Below, piece after piece: positions 12,468 to 26,400 of a DNA stretch of 64,000 nucleotides. Position 1 is the stretch's first letter. Each line of letters starts with the position of its first letter. Under the pieces are notes generated by a model, which searched no databases, was not told the origin of the DNA, and worked only from the letters and a program-made list of their open reading frames with translations. A program made the translations under genes and the position numbers. The DNA comes from Macrostomum lignano (taxonomy: Eukaryota). The DNA is taken from NCBI GenBank assembly GCA_002269645.1, contig NIVC01000858.1, positions 201,219-265,218 of the forward strand, written 5' to 3'.

Positions 12468-15400
12468 CCAGGTAGTGGGTGTACGTTAAAACACTCTCAG
12501 GAGAGCACTGGCCCCAGAATAACCCAACTGTTTATTTAAAGTTGGTTGCCAGTTTTTAATGTACATAGCTTCAATAATCTTACGGCGATGATCGATATTG
12601 CAACTATGTATGATAGTAAACCTATCTTTTTGTTCACTGTTGGCGCATTTACTACAGGCCATAAGATGGTCTTGCACTGCTGATGGCTTTAACCAGTGTT
12701 CTCTGCCCCTAACATACAAGTGCTGTTTCGATTTACCTAGGTAGGTAACTCTCTGATCAACAGAGCACTGGAATTGGTAAATGACACCTGCACATAGTTG
12801 CAAAGGCACACGGCTTTTAAGCTTAGAGACATACTGGCCAACTTTATCGCAATAAAAGGTGATTCTCAGATTATCATTAGAAAACTGCTTAAAGCACCGG
12901 AGGAGCGCTTTCTTAAAACTGATCAAAGCCTCGCCATAGTAAGGGATAGAAAGGTGCCTATATTTGGTCTAAGACTGATCTTGCTGTTGTTCATTCACAT
13001 TGGATTTTTGCAATTGTGATTTTTGGTTGAGAAACTTTTTAAGATAGTAGCTAAGCAGAGATTCTGGGTAATCATTCATATGGAAATATTTCAAAAGCCC
13101 GGTGGAGCATGCAGCGAACCAGGCTGATTTTCCACTGCTTTGGGCAGATCAAATTAAAGTTAAGCAAAAAGCCAGTGAAGGTTGGTTTTCTATAAACTTT
13201 GGTCGAAAGCTGCTGACCTTCAATGTTAATGTCAATGTCAAGGAACGGTATGGTTTTTTTGCCTCCCTCAACAGTGATTTTGATATTAGAATGCATATTA
13301 TTTAACAAATCAAAGAACTTGGTGTGGTCTGCTTTTTTGTCAAAGATCAAAAGCGTGTCATTGACATATCTCTAATAGAATTTAGGAGTGCAGTCGCTTC
13401 TTAGCCATTCTTTCTCCCAATTGGAAAGGCAAATGTTGGCAAGCGTTGGGGCAAAGGGGCTTTCCATGGCGCATCCGTTGATTTGGCAGTAATACTTTTC
13501 TTGAAAAAGGAAAATTCCACTAGTGGCCATGACCATGAGTTTATGGAACTGATCTTTGCTATATGATAGTCTAGAGCCTTCTTTTGAGTATACCTAATAA
13601 AGTATAATAAAACATTAGCAAACTTCAATTTTTATTAATGTTAAAAAGTTTAGCAGTAGGCCTAGGCCTAATATTATCATAGTAGTGATTAAGTTAAATA
13701 GCTTATATTGTTAGGCCTACTCTGTAAAAAGATGAAATATAATCTTACAAAAACAATCAAGTGTTTATTTTATTTTGTACTTTAATTTGCAGTTTTTTAA
13801 GCACTAGTTTATCTTCCTGTTTCAAAATATTTTGTTTCCTAGACTTTTTGTTAAAACTACAGCTATGGCTATAGGAACTATGGAAATATAGTAATATTGG
13901 AGTCCCTATGGCTATAGAATATGGAGAATTGGAATAAGCCATAGTTTTGCTTAGGGCTATGGCTAAGGCGCATGGACCTCCTTACGGCGAAACACTAGTA
14001 GGCCCTGCCCTGATTGATAGAAATTTATGTCAATGATTTTTATTTATTAAATTATTGTGACTTACTTGTGGCTGCATTAATTGGCGGTGGACGAAGTGAC
14101 CAAGCGGTATGTGGTAGGTGTAGGCCAATTTATTTGATAGGTTGACGGTTTGACCAAGTGACGTGTGACTGGGTGGTCACAAAGAAATAGGACTGTAGTT
14201 TAGGCCTAGCCTACATAAAATAGTGGCCTAATAAAAGCACTAAAGCATTTTGATTGGAACAAAGTAGGTATTGGATCTTTTTCAAGTTGACTTGCCATTC
14301 CAGTTTGCACAAAATAGCCTCGAGGCCTATAGTTAAGCTCCTTTCGCCTTGGGCTTTTCAGAATGCATTTATACGAGCTCGTTATTCTCTGGTTCCAACT
14401 TCTAAGACATCTTTCCAAAACACAGATAAAATAAGCGGCATGAAAAGTATTAAACAATTTGCGATAACAAGCTTAAACAAATAATAAACTTTTTTACAAT
14501 TAAAAAATGTAAAATACACAAAATAACGTTGATTTAAAAGAAATTTCTAAAAATAAATGTTATGCCACTATTTAAAATAACATATATGTTGTGTACGGTA
14601 AACTTTTTGATTTCAACTATGTAGGACTCATCATGGGCCCCGCACTATTCGATATTATATATGCGCAAACTACAAAGTTAATAAAAAATCACAGATTCAA
14701 GAGTGTAATGTTGTTTGTACTTATAAATATAAGTTTTAATAAACGGTAGTACTTCTATTCTATAGCAGTTTTATAATCTAAATTGCATTGGTCAGAGAAG
14801 TGTTGAAGAATGAAGATCAAAGGCTGATTCACATTGTTTGTTATCAATCAAATACACAACTACATTCAAAGAAATAAAAGTTGCTAGCGATAGTACGAAA
14901 TTTGGCCCTATCCTATGACCTATAGTGTATGATGGCAGAATTTATTTATGTGTTGCGATATTTTTATCATTTTAGGCTATATATGAGAATAGTCAATAGG
15001 TAGGTAATCTTTTAAACATTCTCAAAGTCCAAGATAGGTCTATTGTTTTTGAAAAAAATTTTTGCACACTAAGCTGCTAAGCAGTTGTGCCACAATTGTT
15101 TGCAGTGGGGCCTGGGTGCTGTTAATGTTAGTAGTTTTTTTAAATGTAATGCCACCATTGACCATTATTCATTTTTTATTATTCATAATAATAGAACAAT
15201 TGAAAATAAAATAATAATACAATAGCAGCAGTTTAACCTTACCTAGGCTTATCAACGCATATCACTCATTATATTAATAGGTCTTATTTATTGTAAAAGA
15301 ATGACTTACTTGATTTAGCTTTTTACAGATTACTTAAATTTTTAACTTATTTGACTCACTTAGATTGCATACTAGCAATCTTCGCCCCCCGATGGGGGAC

Positions 15401-15789
15401 ATCTGGATAGAACTTCTGTTCTCTACAAGTAACAAAAAGACAGCCAAATAGAGTCTTTACAAAGACAACAGAAAAACTGCTCAAATGAAGCACAATGCAA
15501 AAAGAAAGCATCCCAAGACAGCAAGCATCCCCCTCCCCCCCCCCCCCCAGATAGCAAGCACCCCCAGATAGCAAGCACCCCCAGATAGCAAGCATCCCTC
15601 AGATTGCAAGCACCCCAGATAGAAAGAACCCCCAGATAGCAAGCATCCAATTGATTGCAAGTATCTATCCTTAAATAGAAAGCATCCACTAGACAAAAAG
15701 TATATAGTGCAACATTTCCTTAGCTTTCTAGGGGCTGCTTTATGATTGGCATGAGGCTTCTTATTACATTTGAAAATGTCTCTCCTGTG

Positions 15790-18700
15790 TTTGAAATGGT
15801 GGCTATTTTATTTTTGAATTCATGGCTTTTTAATGTTTGGCATGGTGACTCTTTAATGTTCTACAAGGTGGCTCTTTAATGTTTGACATCGTGCCAGTTT
15901 TATGTTTGTCATGGTGGCTCCTTAATGTTAGAAACGGTGGCTCTTTAATGTTTGACATGGAGTCACATATATGTTTCACATGGTGGCTCTTCTATGTCTA
16001 ACTTGGTAGCTCTTCTATGTTGGACATCGTGGCTCTTTACTGTTTGACATGGTGGCTCTTTAATGTTCAACATGGTGGCTTTTTAATGTTCGACATGGTG
16101 GCTCTTTAATGTTTGACATGGAGTCACGTATGTGTTAGACATGGAGTCATGTATATATTTGGCATGGAGTCACATATATGCTTTATATGGTGGCTCTAAT
16201 GTTTGACATGTTGGCTCTTTAATGTGTGACATGGTGGCTCTTTAATGTTTGACATGGTGGCTTTTTAATGTTTGACATAGTGGCTCTTTAATGTTTGACA
16301 TGGTGGCTCTTTTATGTTTGACATGATGGCTCTTTAATGTTCGACATAGTGGCTGTTTAATTTTTGTTATGGAGTCATATGTATATGTTTTACATGGTGG
16401 CTCTTTTGTGTGTGACATGGAGTCACGTATATATTTGACATGGAGTCACATATATGTTTGACATGGTGGCTCTTTAGTGTTCGATATGGTGGCTCTTTAA
16501 TGTTTGACATGGTGGCTATTTAATGTTTGACATGGTGGCTCTTTTATGTTTGACATAGTGGCTCTTTAATATTTGACACTGTGGCTCTTTAATGTTCTAC
16601 ATGGTGGCTCTTTAATGCTCTACATTGTGGCTCTTTAATGCTCTACATTGTGGCTCTTTAATCTTCGACATGGTGGCTCTTTTATGTTTGACATTGTGGC
16701 TCTTTAATGTTCTAAATATTGTGGCTCTTTAATGTTCTAAATATTGTGGATCTTTAATGTTCGACATGGTGGCTCTTTAATGTTCTACATTGTGGCTCCT
16801 TATTGTTTGACATGATGGCTCTTTAATGTTTGACATGGTGGCTCTTTAATGTTCTACATGGAGGTTCTTTAATGTTCTACATTGTGCTCTTTAATATTTG
16901 ACGTTGTGGCTCTTTAATGTTTTACATTGTGGCTCTTTAATATTTGACATGGTGACTCTTTAATGTTTGACATGGTGGCTCTTTAATGTTTGACATGGTG
17001 GCTCTTTAATGTTCGACATGGTGGCTCTTTATTGTTCAAAATTGTGGCTCTTTAATGTTCTACATGGTGGCTCTTTAATGTTCTACATGGTGGCTCTTTA
17101 ATGCTCTACATTGTGGCTCTTTAATGCTCTACATGGTGGCTTTTTAATGTTCTACATGGTGGCTCTTTAATGTTCGACATGGTGGCTCTTTATTGTTTGA
17201 AATGATCGCTCTTTAATGTTTGACATTGTGGCTCTTTAATGTTCTACATTGTGACTCTTTATTGTTTGACATGATGGCTTTTTAATGTTTGACATCATAG
17301 CTCTTTAATGTTCTACATTGCGGCTCTTTAATGTTCTACATTGTGGCTCTTTAACGTTAGACAGGGTGGCTCTTTAATGTTCTACATGGAGGCTCTTTAA
17401 TGTTTGACATGGAGTCATGTATGTGTTAGACATGGAGTCACGTATATGCTTTAAATGGTGACTCTTTAATGTTCAACATGGTGGCTCTTTAATGTTTTAC
17501 ATGGAGTCACGTATATGTTTGACATCTAGTCACGTATATGTTTCACATGGTGGCTCTTTAATGTTTGACATAGTGGCTCTCTTATGCTTGAAATGGTGGC
17601 TCTTTAATGTTCAACATGGTGGCTCTTTTATGTTTGACATGGTGGCTCTTGAATGTTCGACATGGAGTCATGTATATGTCTTCCATGGTGGCTCTTGAAT
17701 GTTTGACATGGTGGCTCTTTAATGTTCAACATGGTGTCTCTTGAATGTTTGACATGGAGTCATGTATATGTTTGACATGGTGCCTGTTGAATGTTTGACA
17801 TGGTGGCTCTTTAATGTTCAACATGGTGGCTCTTGAATGTTTGACATGGAGTAATGTATATGTTTGACATGGTGGTTCTTTAATGTTCGACATGGTGGCT
17901 CTTTAATGTTCGACATGGTGGCTCTTTAATGTTTGACATGGAGTCACGTATGTGTTAGACATGGAGTCATGTATATATTTGGCATGGAGTCACATATATG
18001 CTTTACATGGTGGCTCTAATGTTTGACATGTTGGCTCTTTAATGTTTGACATGGTGGCTCTTTTATGTTTGACATGATGGCTCTTTAATGTTTGACATGG
18101 TGGCTGTTTAATGTTTGTTATGGAGTCATATGTATATGTTTTACATGGTGGCTCTTTTGTGTGTGACATGGAGTCACGTATATATTTGACATGGAGTCAC
18201 ATATATGTTTGACATGGTGGCTCTTTAGTGTTCGATATGGTGGCGCTTTAATGTTTGACATGGTGGCTATTTAATGTTTGACATGGTGGCTCTTTTATGT
18301 TTGACATAGTGGCTCTTTAATATTTGACACTGTGGCTCTTTAATGTTCTACATGGTGGCTCTTTAATGCTCTACATTGTGGCTCTTTAATGCTCTACATT
18401 GTGGCTCTTTAATCTTCGACATGGTGGCTCTTTTATGTTTGACATTGTGGCTCTTTAATGTTCTAAATATTGTGGCTCTTTAATGTTCGACATGGTGGCT
18501 CTTTTATGTTTGACATAGTGGCTCTTTAATATTTGACACTGTGGCTCTTTAATGTTCTACATGGTGGCTCTTTAATGCTCTACATTGTGGCTCTTTAATG
18601 CTCTACATTGTGGCTCTTTAATCTTCGACATGGTGGCTCTTTTATGTTTGACATTGTGGCTCTTTAATGTTCTAAATATTGTGGCTCTTTAATGTTCTAA

Positions 18701-19620
18701 ATATTGTGGCTCTTTAATGTTCGACATGGTGGCTCTTTAATGTTCGACATGGTGGCTCTTTAATGTTCTACATTGTGGCTCCTTATTGTTTGACATGATG
18801 GCTTTTTGATGTTTGACATCATGCCTCTTTAATGTTCAACATTGTGGCTCTTTAATGTTCTACATTGTGGCTCTTAAATGTTCGACATTGTGGCTCTTTA
18901 ACGTTCGACAGGGTGGCTCTTTAATGTTTGACATGGAGTCACGTATGTGTTAGACATGGAGTCATGTATATATTTGGCATGGAGTCACATATATGCTTTA
19001 CATGGTGGCTCTTTAATGTTTGACATGTTGGCTCTTTAATGTGTGACATGGTGGCTCTTTAATGTTTGACATGGAGTCATGTATGTGTTTGGCATGGAGT
19101 CATGTATATATTTGGCATGGAGTCACGTATATGTTTGACATGGTGGCTCTTTAATGTTTGACATAGTGGCTCTTTAATGTTCAACATGGTGGCTCTCTTA
19201 TGTTTGACATGATGGCTCTTTAATGTTCGACATGGTGGCTGTTTAATGTTTGTTATGGAGTCATATGTATATGTTTTACATGGTGGCTCTTTTATGTGTG
19301 ACATGGAGTCACGTATATATTTGGCATGGAGTCACGTAAATGCTTTACATGGTGGCTCCTTATGTTCGACAAAGAGTCATAAGTATATGTTTTACATGGT
19401 GGCTCTTTAATGTTAGACATGGTGGCTTTTTAGTTTTTGACATGGTGGCTCTTTAATGTTTGACATGGTGGCTCTTATATGCTTGACATGGTGGCTCTTT
19501 TATGCTTGACATGGTGGCTCTTTAATGTTCGACATGGTGACTCTTTAATGTTCGACATGGTGGCTCTTTAATGTTCAATATGGTGGCTCTTCTATGTTTG
19601 ACATTGTGCTTCTTTTATGT
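15790..19620. repeat. Diverged ~23-bp satellite (GTTTGACATGGTGGCTCTTTAAT) with ~21-bp GACATGGAGTCA(C/T) variants and higher-order duplications
   Basis: The unit recurs throughout. A distinctive variant block at about 16120 recurs at about 17940 and 18935. Confidence 0.95.
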
Positions 19621-19663
19621 TTAGCAGTTTTGTTTTTAATGTGTTTTAATAAAAAAATCTTTT

Positions 19664-19730
19664 TGCACTACTAAGATTCGAACCCAGGTCACTACTTTAG
19701 CATCCCAGTCTGTTCGCATCTGGGCTATCT
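19664..19730 (-). pseudogene. tRNA-derived SINE head or tRNA pseudogene
   Basis: Minus strand has TAGCCCAGATG (A-box-like) and GGTTCGAATC (B box). The T-arm CTGGG-TTCGAAT-CTTAG can pair. I found no intact acceptor stem. Confidence 0.5.
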
Positions 19731-19869
19731 CTTTTCATTTGGAGAACATGAATTGTGGCCCTTATAATTCAATTCTTACAGCAAGTCAATTGGAGTAGAA
19801 AGTTATGACATAATCAATTTCTCAGTCAGCCAGTATCAGTCTCAATTTAAGTTAGCAATATGGTTACAC

Positions 19870-20600
19870 AATTTTAATCAAGTCGGGTGTGCATTTCTTC
19901 GACACCGTTTTCAAATTGTTGTGATGCAATCTTTATCACAATCGGAATTCAGCCAGTCAGTTTTTTCTCTAGCATTCTTACAATGCATTCCAGGTCGAAA
20001 GAGCTGCTTGACCTTTGCAAAAAAGCATGTTTTTCGAATATTTAATTCCTTTAAAATTGAGCAATTTCTTAGCCAAGATGCATGTACCGTCCCAGGAAAA
20101 TTTCTGATCAAATGGTGCAAGTTTGAAGAAAATCGGTTGAGCCAATTTTTCTGAAATCTATCGCATACCCATATACAGACATTTCATTTTTAGTATATAG
20201 GACTAGCAGGGGTAGGCTGTCTGCCAGCATCCAGAATTTTTATTATACCCCCCGGGTAGGCTTGCGCAAGTTAAATAGAGTAATTATCTTGGCAGTGGGG
20301 CGGGGTGAGTTTTCTTATCAGTTGGCTCTGGCGCAATCATTAAAATTGGCAGTGAAGTTTCTCGCTGATAGAATTTTGCATTGAAAAAGCCCATTTAAAA
20401 CAGTTTTTCGAATATTTAATCCCCTTAGCATTGAGCTAGAGCCTAATAAAATTACATGTACCGTCCCGGGCACATTTGACATGTTTTGGCGAAGAAACGG
20501 AGAAAATCGGTTGAGCCGTTCGGGAGATAATCGATTGCATACAAGCAAGCAAGATTTTCATTTTTAGTATATTAGATTTCATTTTTAGTATATTGGATAT
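19870..20600 (+). mobile_element. Two adjacent related non-autonomous repeats, Helitron/DINE-1-like
   Basis: Both copies carry ...CATGTACCGTCCC.GG...AAAATCGGTTGAGCC... (about 20128 and 20503) and end in TTTCATTTTTAGTATAT. The family assignment is from recalled resemblance only. Confidence 0.45.
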
Positions 20601-22599
20601 CTTAACTTTTGTCCCTACCTTATTAGTTATTATGGAGAGCTTGCATGTACAGTAGCTATCCACCTAGTTTTTAAATTGCATGCATGGTGCATGGCATCTA
20701 TCCACATAGTGTTTAAATTACATACATTGTAGCTGTCCACCTAGTATTTTAATTATGTACATGGCAGCTATCCATATTGACCCAGTATTTTAATTGCATT
20801 CATGGCATCCTGCAGATTGGCAATATAGTGAATTGCAAATTGGACCCTTTCCTTCAAATCTGTATATTGTTACTCACTGAACTTATTAAATAATTTATTA
20901 CTTGTTTTATTGCATATACAATATAATCTCAATTCATAGCTATTTTTTGTTAATTTGAATAATAATTTTTAATAGGCCTAATTCCAATAATATGACATAC
21001 TGTATAATAAATTAAGATACAACTGCCGTGTATATATGGGTTCTTTGACAGATATTCTCCCAACAGATTTTTTTCTTTGAACAGATAATTCAAACAAAAA
21101 ATGAATTCATGTTTTGGGATATATTCCTTACTCTGATGCCATATTCAGCTTTAAAAATTTGTAAGCAGAAATTTTCTGACCCAAAAAAATAACATTGGCA
21201 CAAATGCAAAGTGTGTCAAAAGATGAATTCATTTGGCACGCCTTAGAAACACATTTTGGAAGCAAATATCTTGGGAAATATAAAAGGCAATAATGCATCT
21301 AAGATACAATTGCAAAGCTAAGACATGTATCAAGAATTGATAAAAGTTTTTGAGCAAATGATTGAAGCATAGAGATGTAGCAATAAATCAAAGTTTTGAT
21401 TGATCTTGGTTGAAGATCGTAGATCAACAAAAAGTTTGATTTATCACTGTGTCTCTATGCTTCAAATGAATTCATTTTTTGTTTGAATTATCTGTTTGAA
21501 GGAAAAAATATCTATTGGGAACCCACACATCTGCCATACATGCAATTTAAACATTGGGTAGATAGCTGCCATGCATGCAAGCTGTTTGTAGTTATTACTC
21601 CAATTATACAATACAATATATATATGGCAATGCTATATCACAACAGTATCTATTTCTTTAGCTTTTGACCCTAGGCCTAGCTAAAGCCTAGGGACTTAGG
21701 TCCCTTGAACCAAGATACAATTTTTGTATAAAATCCAAGATATTTGTGTATATATATATATATATATATTTGCAAACTTATATATACATAATTAAATTAA
21801 ATATTAATCAAAGATTTGATATTTGAATATATTGCATTTTGCATTTTTTATATAAAAGAAATTTATATATTTGTTCTAAGGTGTTTCCCTTTAAAAGTGA
21901 ACTAAATAGAAAGTTTAAAATCAATATTTAATGTCTAAATATGGTAAATCTTTTCTTCCTAAATTTGCTATGTTTTAGTCAATATAGACCAAACAAACAA
22001 AACTTCATAAAATTAAATATATAATTATTGCAAAGTGAACAAAGTAATTATAAGGGATTAAATATCACTGTATAGTTTAGAGTAAAATGGGCTAGGGGCT
22101 AATAAGCAAATAAAGGGCAATCAGAGTCCAAGTAGAGAGTGCAATCTATAGCTAGAACTATATTATATAGTTATTATATAGTTCTAAAGCTAAATATAGA
22201 GCTAATGCCAGATTAGTACCAGTGTTAGAATAGAACTAGAGACCTACATAATACTATGTTAAGATTAAAGAAAGAATTTAAAAATTACTTGTAGGTATTC
22301 AGGAAAACTTTCAATATAACAAGCTATAAAAGGTTGTTTATAAAATTTAAATGCAAATAGGTTATATTTTTTAGGATAAAAACCCGTGAAAACACATTGT
22401 GTGCAAGTTTTAGTTCTAAGCCATTTTTGCTAAAATCAATTGCATACCTACCAATAGACCATTTTTAGTATATGGACTAGTCATTGAGACCTGCTACGCG
22501 AGTCCTATTAGAAAAAGAAGTATTTTAGCCCAAAAAAATTTATGAATAAAACAATTCAACCAAAATATCACTTACTTAGTCATTAACTAACTGATTCAC

Positions 22600-23250
22600 T
22601 CACTCACTCAATCACTCACTCACTGTGCTCACTCACTCATTCACTCACTGTGCTCACTCATTCACTCAGTCACTGTGCTCATTCACTCACTCATTCACTG
22701 TGCTCACTCACTCACTCACTGTGCTCACTTACTCACTCACTATGCTCCCTCATTCACTCACTCACTATACTCACTTACTCACTGTGCTCACTTACTCACT
22801 GTGCTCACTTACTCACTCAGCCACTCACTTATTCATTGTGCTCATTCACTCACTCACTCACTCACTGTGCTCACTCACTCACTCACTCACTGTGCTCACT
22901 CACTCACTCACTCACTGTGCTCACCCATTCACTCACTCACTGTGCTCACTCACTCACTCACTGTGCTCACTTACTCACTCAGCCACTCACTAACTGCACT
23001 CACTCACTCACTCACTGTGCTCACTCACTCACTCACTGTGCTCACTTACTCACTCAGCCACTCACTAACTGCACTCACTCACTCACTCACTATGCTCACT
23101 TACTCACTTAGCCACTCACTTACTCATTGTGCTCACTTACTCACTTAGCCACTCACTTACTCACTATGCTCATTCACTCACTCACTCACTCATTTACTCT
23201 CTTAATCACTCACTCACTGTGCTCACTCACTCACTCACTGTGCTCACTCT
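22600..23250. repeat. (CACT)n-based complex microsatellite with CACTGTGCT interruptions
   Basis: Directly visible. It accounts for the LTHS-repeat ORFs at 22625-23309. Confidence 0.95.
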
Positions 23251-26200
23251 TGCTAGAGGTGTCACTTTTGACTATTGCTGAGAATATAGTTACTAAAATG
23301 ATTTTTTAAAAATCTAGCACAAGCAGCCTTTCTTCCAATAGACTTTTTGTAAATCTATTCTATAGTCTGCAAGGTATATTTTAAGATGTTAGCTTGTGGA
23401 ACAAAATTTAACTTAATCTCTTTCTTAGAAAAAACTTGAAATGTTTATGCACAAAAGAATTCTAGTCCATTCTCAATTTTTCTTCATTGTGCTTTATTCA
23501 TTAGGCCTTGATACAATTTCTCCTTTTGCTGCGATGCTGCATTTCTCATTTGGAATTTTCGAAATTCCTCTTAGTAGCCTGACAAAGCAAATGATGCTTT
23601 GCTTTGCCTGCAAGGATAAGTTTTTGGACTTTCATGAGCTAAGATTGCAAAGACTACCTGTGTTCACTTCCTATAGTACCCATATACACAGTTTGCTTAT
23701 ATATTTTTAAAAAATAACTCAATATATTCATGAAGTTATATTTCAGATATATATTTATATAGCTCAATCAAATCAGTGGTCAGCACAGGCATAAGAAAAC
23801 TATAAGTATATAAACTTTAGGAGCAAATTTCAATCATACAATTATCAATTTGTTGTTTACAATTGTATATGCATTGATTCATCAATCAAACCACTAATGA
23901 GCTGATTGGCCAAAGCCTACTAACTGGCTATCTGACCATTGATAAGAGGGCACAAAAATCTGTCATATATGTTTGAATCTCTTACTGCTAGCTGGCAATA
24001 ATAAAAGGCCACTCAAGGGTTCTCTCCACAAGTGGTTTAAGAGTGTACATTTTAATGCATCTAAGCTAGCAATAAATAATTCAGCTAGCCAGGGTAAACG
24101 GGACACAAATACACATGATATGCAAATTAAGCACTGGGCAATAATCATTTCAGCTAGGCTTAGAGAGAAAGCTTGATGTAACCATAACAAATGTTAATTC
24201 ATTTGGCCTAAAGGAAAGGTCCACATGTACATTGATGCACATGGACTTTTTAGCCTATGCAAAAAAGAGGGTAAAAGAGTAAGTAAATTGAACTTGGGCA
24301 CTACTGATGCAATTTAATGAAATGAACACTTTTAGCAAGCCAGAGCAGCCAAGCAGGTTTGACCTTGAATGAACTTTGCAAAAAATAGTTTCTGTCAATT
24401 TAACAGTCTAAAATAAACAGAATTAAACAAATTTTAAGCCATACCACTGGCAGAAAATTTCAAATAAAAAAATCTGGTTAGAAATGATCTAGGCATTCAG
24501 CTTAAAACATAAAACATTTGGACATAGGCAGAAACATACACAGATTTAGGTATAAGAAGAAGAAAAAGAAGAAGATTGCCAAACAAAGATTCTATTTTAG
24601 TCTTTGCATTGAAAGTGAAAATGTTAATCTTAATTTTGGCCCCTAATCAGTATTATCATGAATATACAATGTGCTTATGACATTGAAAATCTATTGCTTA
24701 AGTCCCCAACCATAAAAAAGCTTCTTTTATATAAAGACTTAAAACTTCAAACTGAACCAAAAAGCTATTTATCAAGACTAGGAACACAAAGTCTTGGTGT
24801 GTATTTTAGGAGCTGCTAAAGACATGAGTCATACCTTGGTTGTAGCAAATATATTATGATGATTGTTTTAGCAAGATGGCACTCTAGCTTATACTACAAG
24901 GACAATATAGGTATTTTTGGTGGCCAAGTTTAGCCATTTCTAGGTTAAGGATATCTAGCCCCTTTTTTCACTGAATTTGAACCCTTTAGACTTCTACTAG
25001 CACATTAAGCCCCCATGAGGGCATTCAAATTCAAAATTCAATCATTAAAAGCATAAAAATCTTTTTTTGAATATTTGACCCATTTTTGTATCCATTTTTT
25101 TATTGTTAAAAATTGTATATATACTCAACAACATTGAAAAGTTGCCACTCTATGTGCCAATGAGCAATTTCTCTTGGACTATTCTGAAATAAAAGATACA
25201 AGAAAACTGATTAGGTAGCTTTAATCCATTTAACAAAACCCACACACACTGAACCCCCATTTTATTCCTCAACTCAAGCCTGCTATTGCATAGCAAGTTG
25301 CGTCACTCACAAGAGAGACTTTACTTGCAACCACAGACAGAATATTTTGTGATGGCAACTTTTTTATATTGCTAAATATATATAAGCACACTATGATAAT
25401 AAGACCCTAATGGTGGGCATTCAAAAGAAAAATTCAAATATTAAAAGCATTAAAAACTTTGTTTTCAAATATTTGACTCACTAACAATTGGTATAGATAT
25501 AAATAAATTTTATATACCAATTTGCCAAATGAATCTTAATCAATTAGGCACATAGTTACTACCTTCATCTGCAACTGTGCCACCTAGTGTTGTATTCATA
25601 AAATAAGACAAACAAGATCAGAGCAGTTTAGGGGATTGGTAAATTTCAGGCTAATCCCCCCCTATGCACCCACTCTTTCATCAATTGTCTATCAGACTGG
25701 TTGGTAAACAATAATAAAATTCAACCAACCCCACAAATTGCCAGCCTGCTGCACAAAGGGTCATAAAACTCCTTCCCTTCACTGTAAATGTGCATTTTAC
25801 ACTGTACATTGGCCAATAAGAGGCCTAAATGGTTGAACTGAGCAATTAAATTTAGAAACAGAGTGCCTATTGAAATCATTAAAAAATTGTTTTGCAAATA
25901 TTTGACCCACTTCCCATTCAATTTTTTCATCAAAGAAAGTTATGCATGATCCCAAAAAATTAGAAATTTTTAAAAGCTTATTTGAAAAAAAATTGTTTAA
26001 ATGGCTCTTGATAAATCAATGACAGATAGACTGACTGACTGACAGAAAAACAACACAAAATTAGACTTTTAAGACCATTTTTAGTATATAGGATTTCTTG
26101 ACACATAAAGGAGGCCTATTGATTGCTTGTCCAAAAGTGCAGTGGATTTGTATTTTATGGGAAAAGTGCATGGGAAAATTGAAACAAAGGTTGTCAGAGC

Positions 26201-26289
26201 TATGCAGACTTTTTGGAAGCATCTTCAGAGAATTTTGGAAACTGGGGGAGGATTTATAGAATAACTTAGGATGAAATAAATATGATGGA

Positions 26290-26400
26290 CTATTATAGAA
26301 TATATAGAATTTATAGAATATAGTATATAGAATAGTATATAGAATAATAATATAGAATAGTATAGAATAGTAGTACGCTCGTATATAGAATATAGAATAT
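26290..26400. repeat. Low-complexity TATAGAA(TA) repeat
   Basis: Directly visible. Confidence 0.8.

Larger units (their letters stand above)
12245..13630 (-). mobile_element. Decayed, 5'-truncated Penelope-like retroelement: RT C-terminal half plus GIY-YIG endonuclease
   Basis: About 13510-13360 reads YYCQINGCAMESPFAPTLANI...FY*RYVND (RT motifs; YVDD changed to YVND, in-frame stop). 13072-13350 reads LNNMHSNIKIT.E...IPFLDI...VYRKPT.TG. 12486-12926 reads VIYQFQC...YLGKSKQHL..R..EH...IIEAMYI...PTLNKQ (GIY-YIG). Confidence 0.9.

Noticed and set aside
22625-23309. His/Thr/Leu-rich ORFs, also 56717-57652
   Set aside because: They are translations of (CACT)n / (GAGT)n microsatellites.
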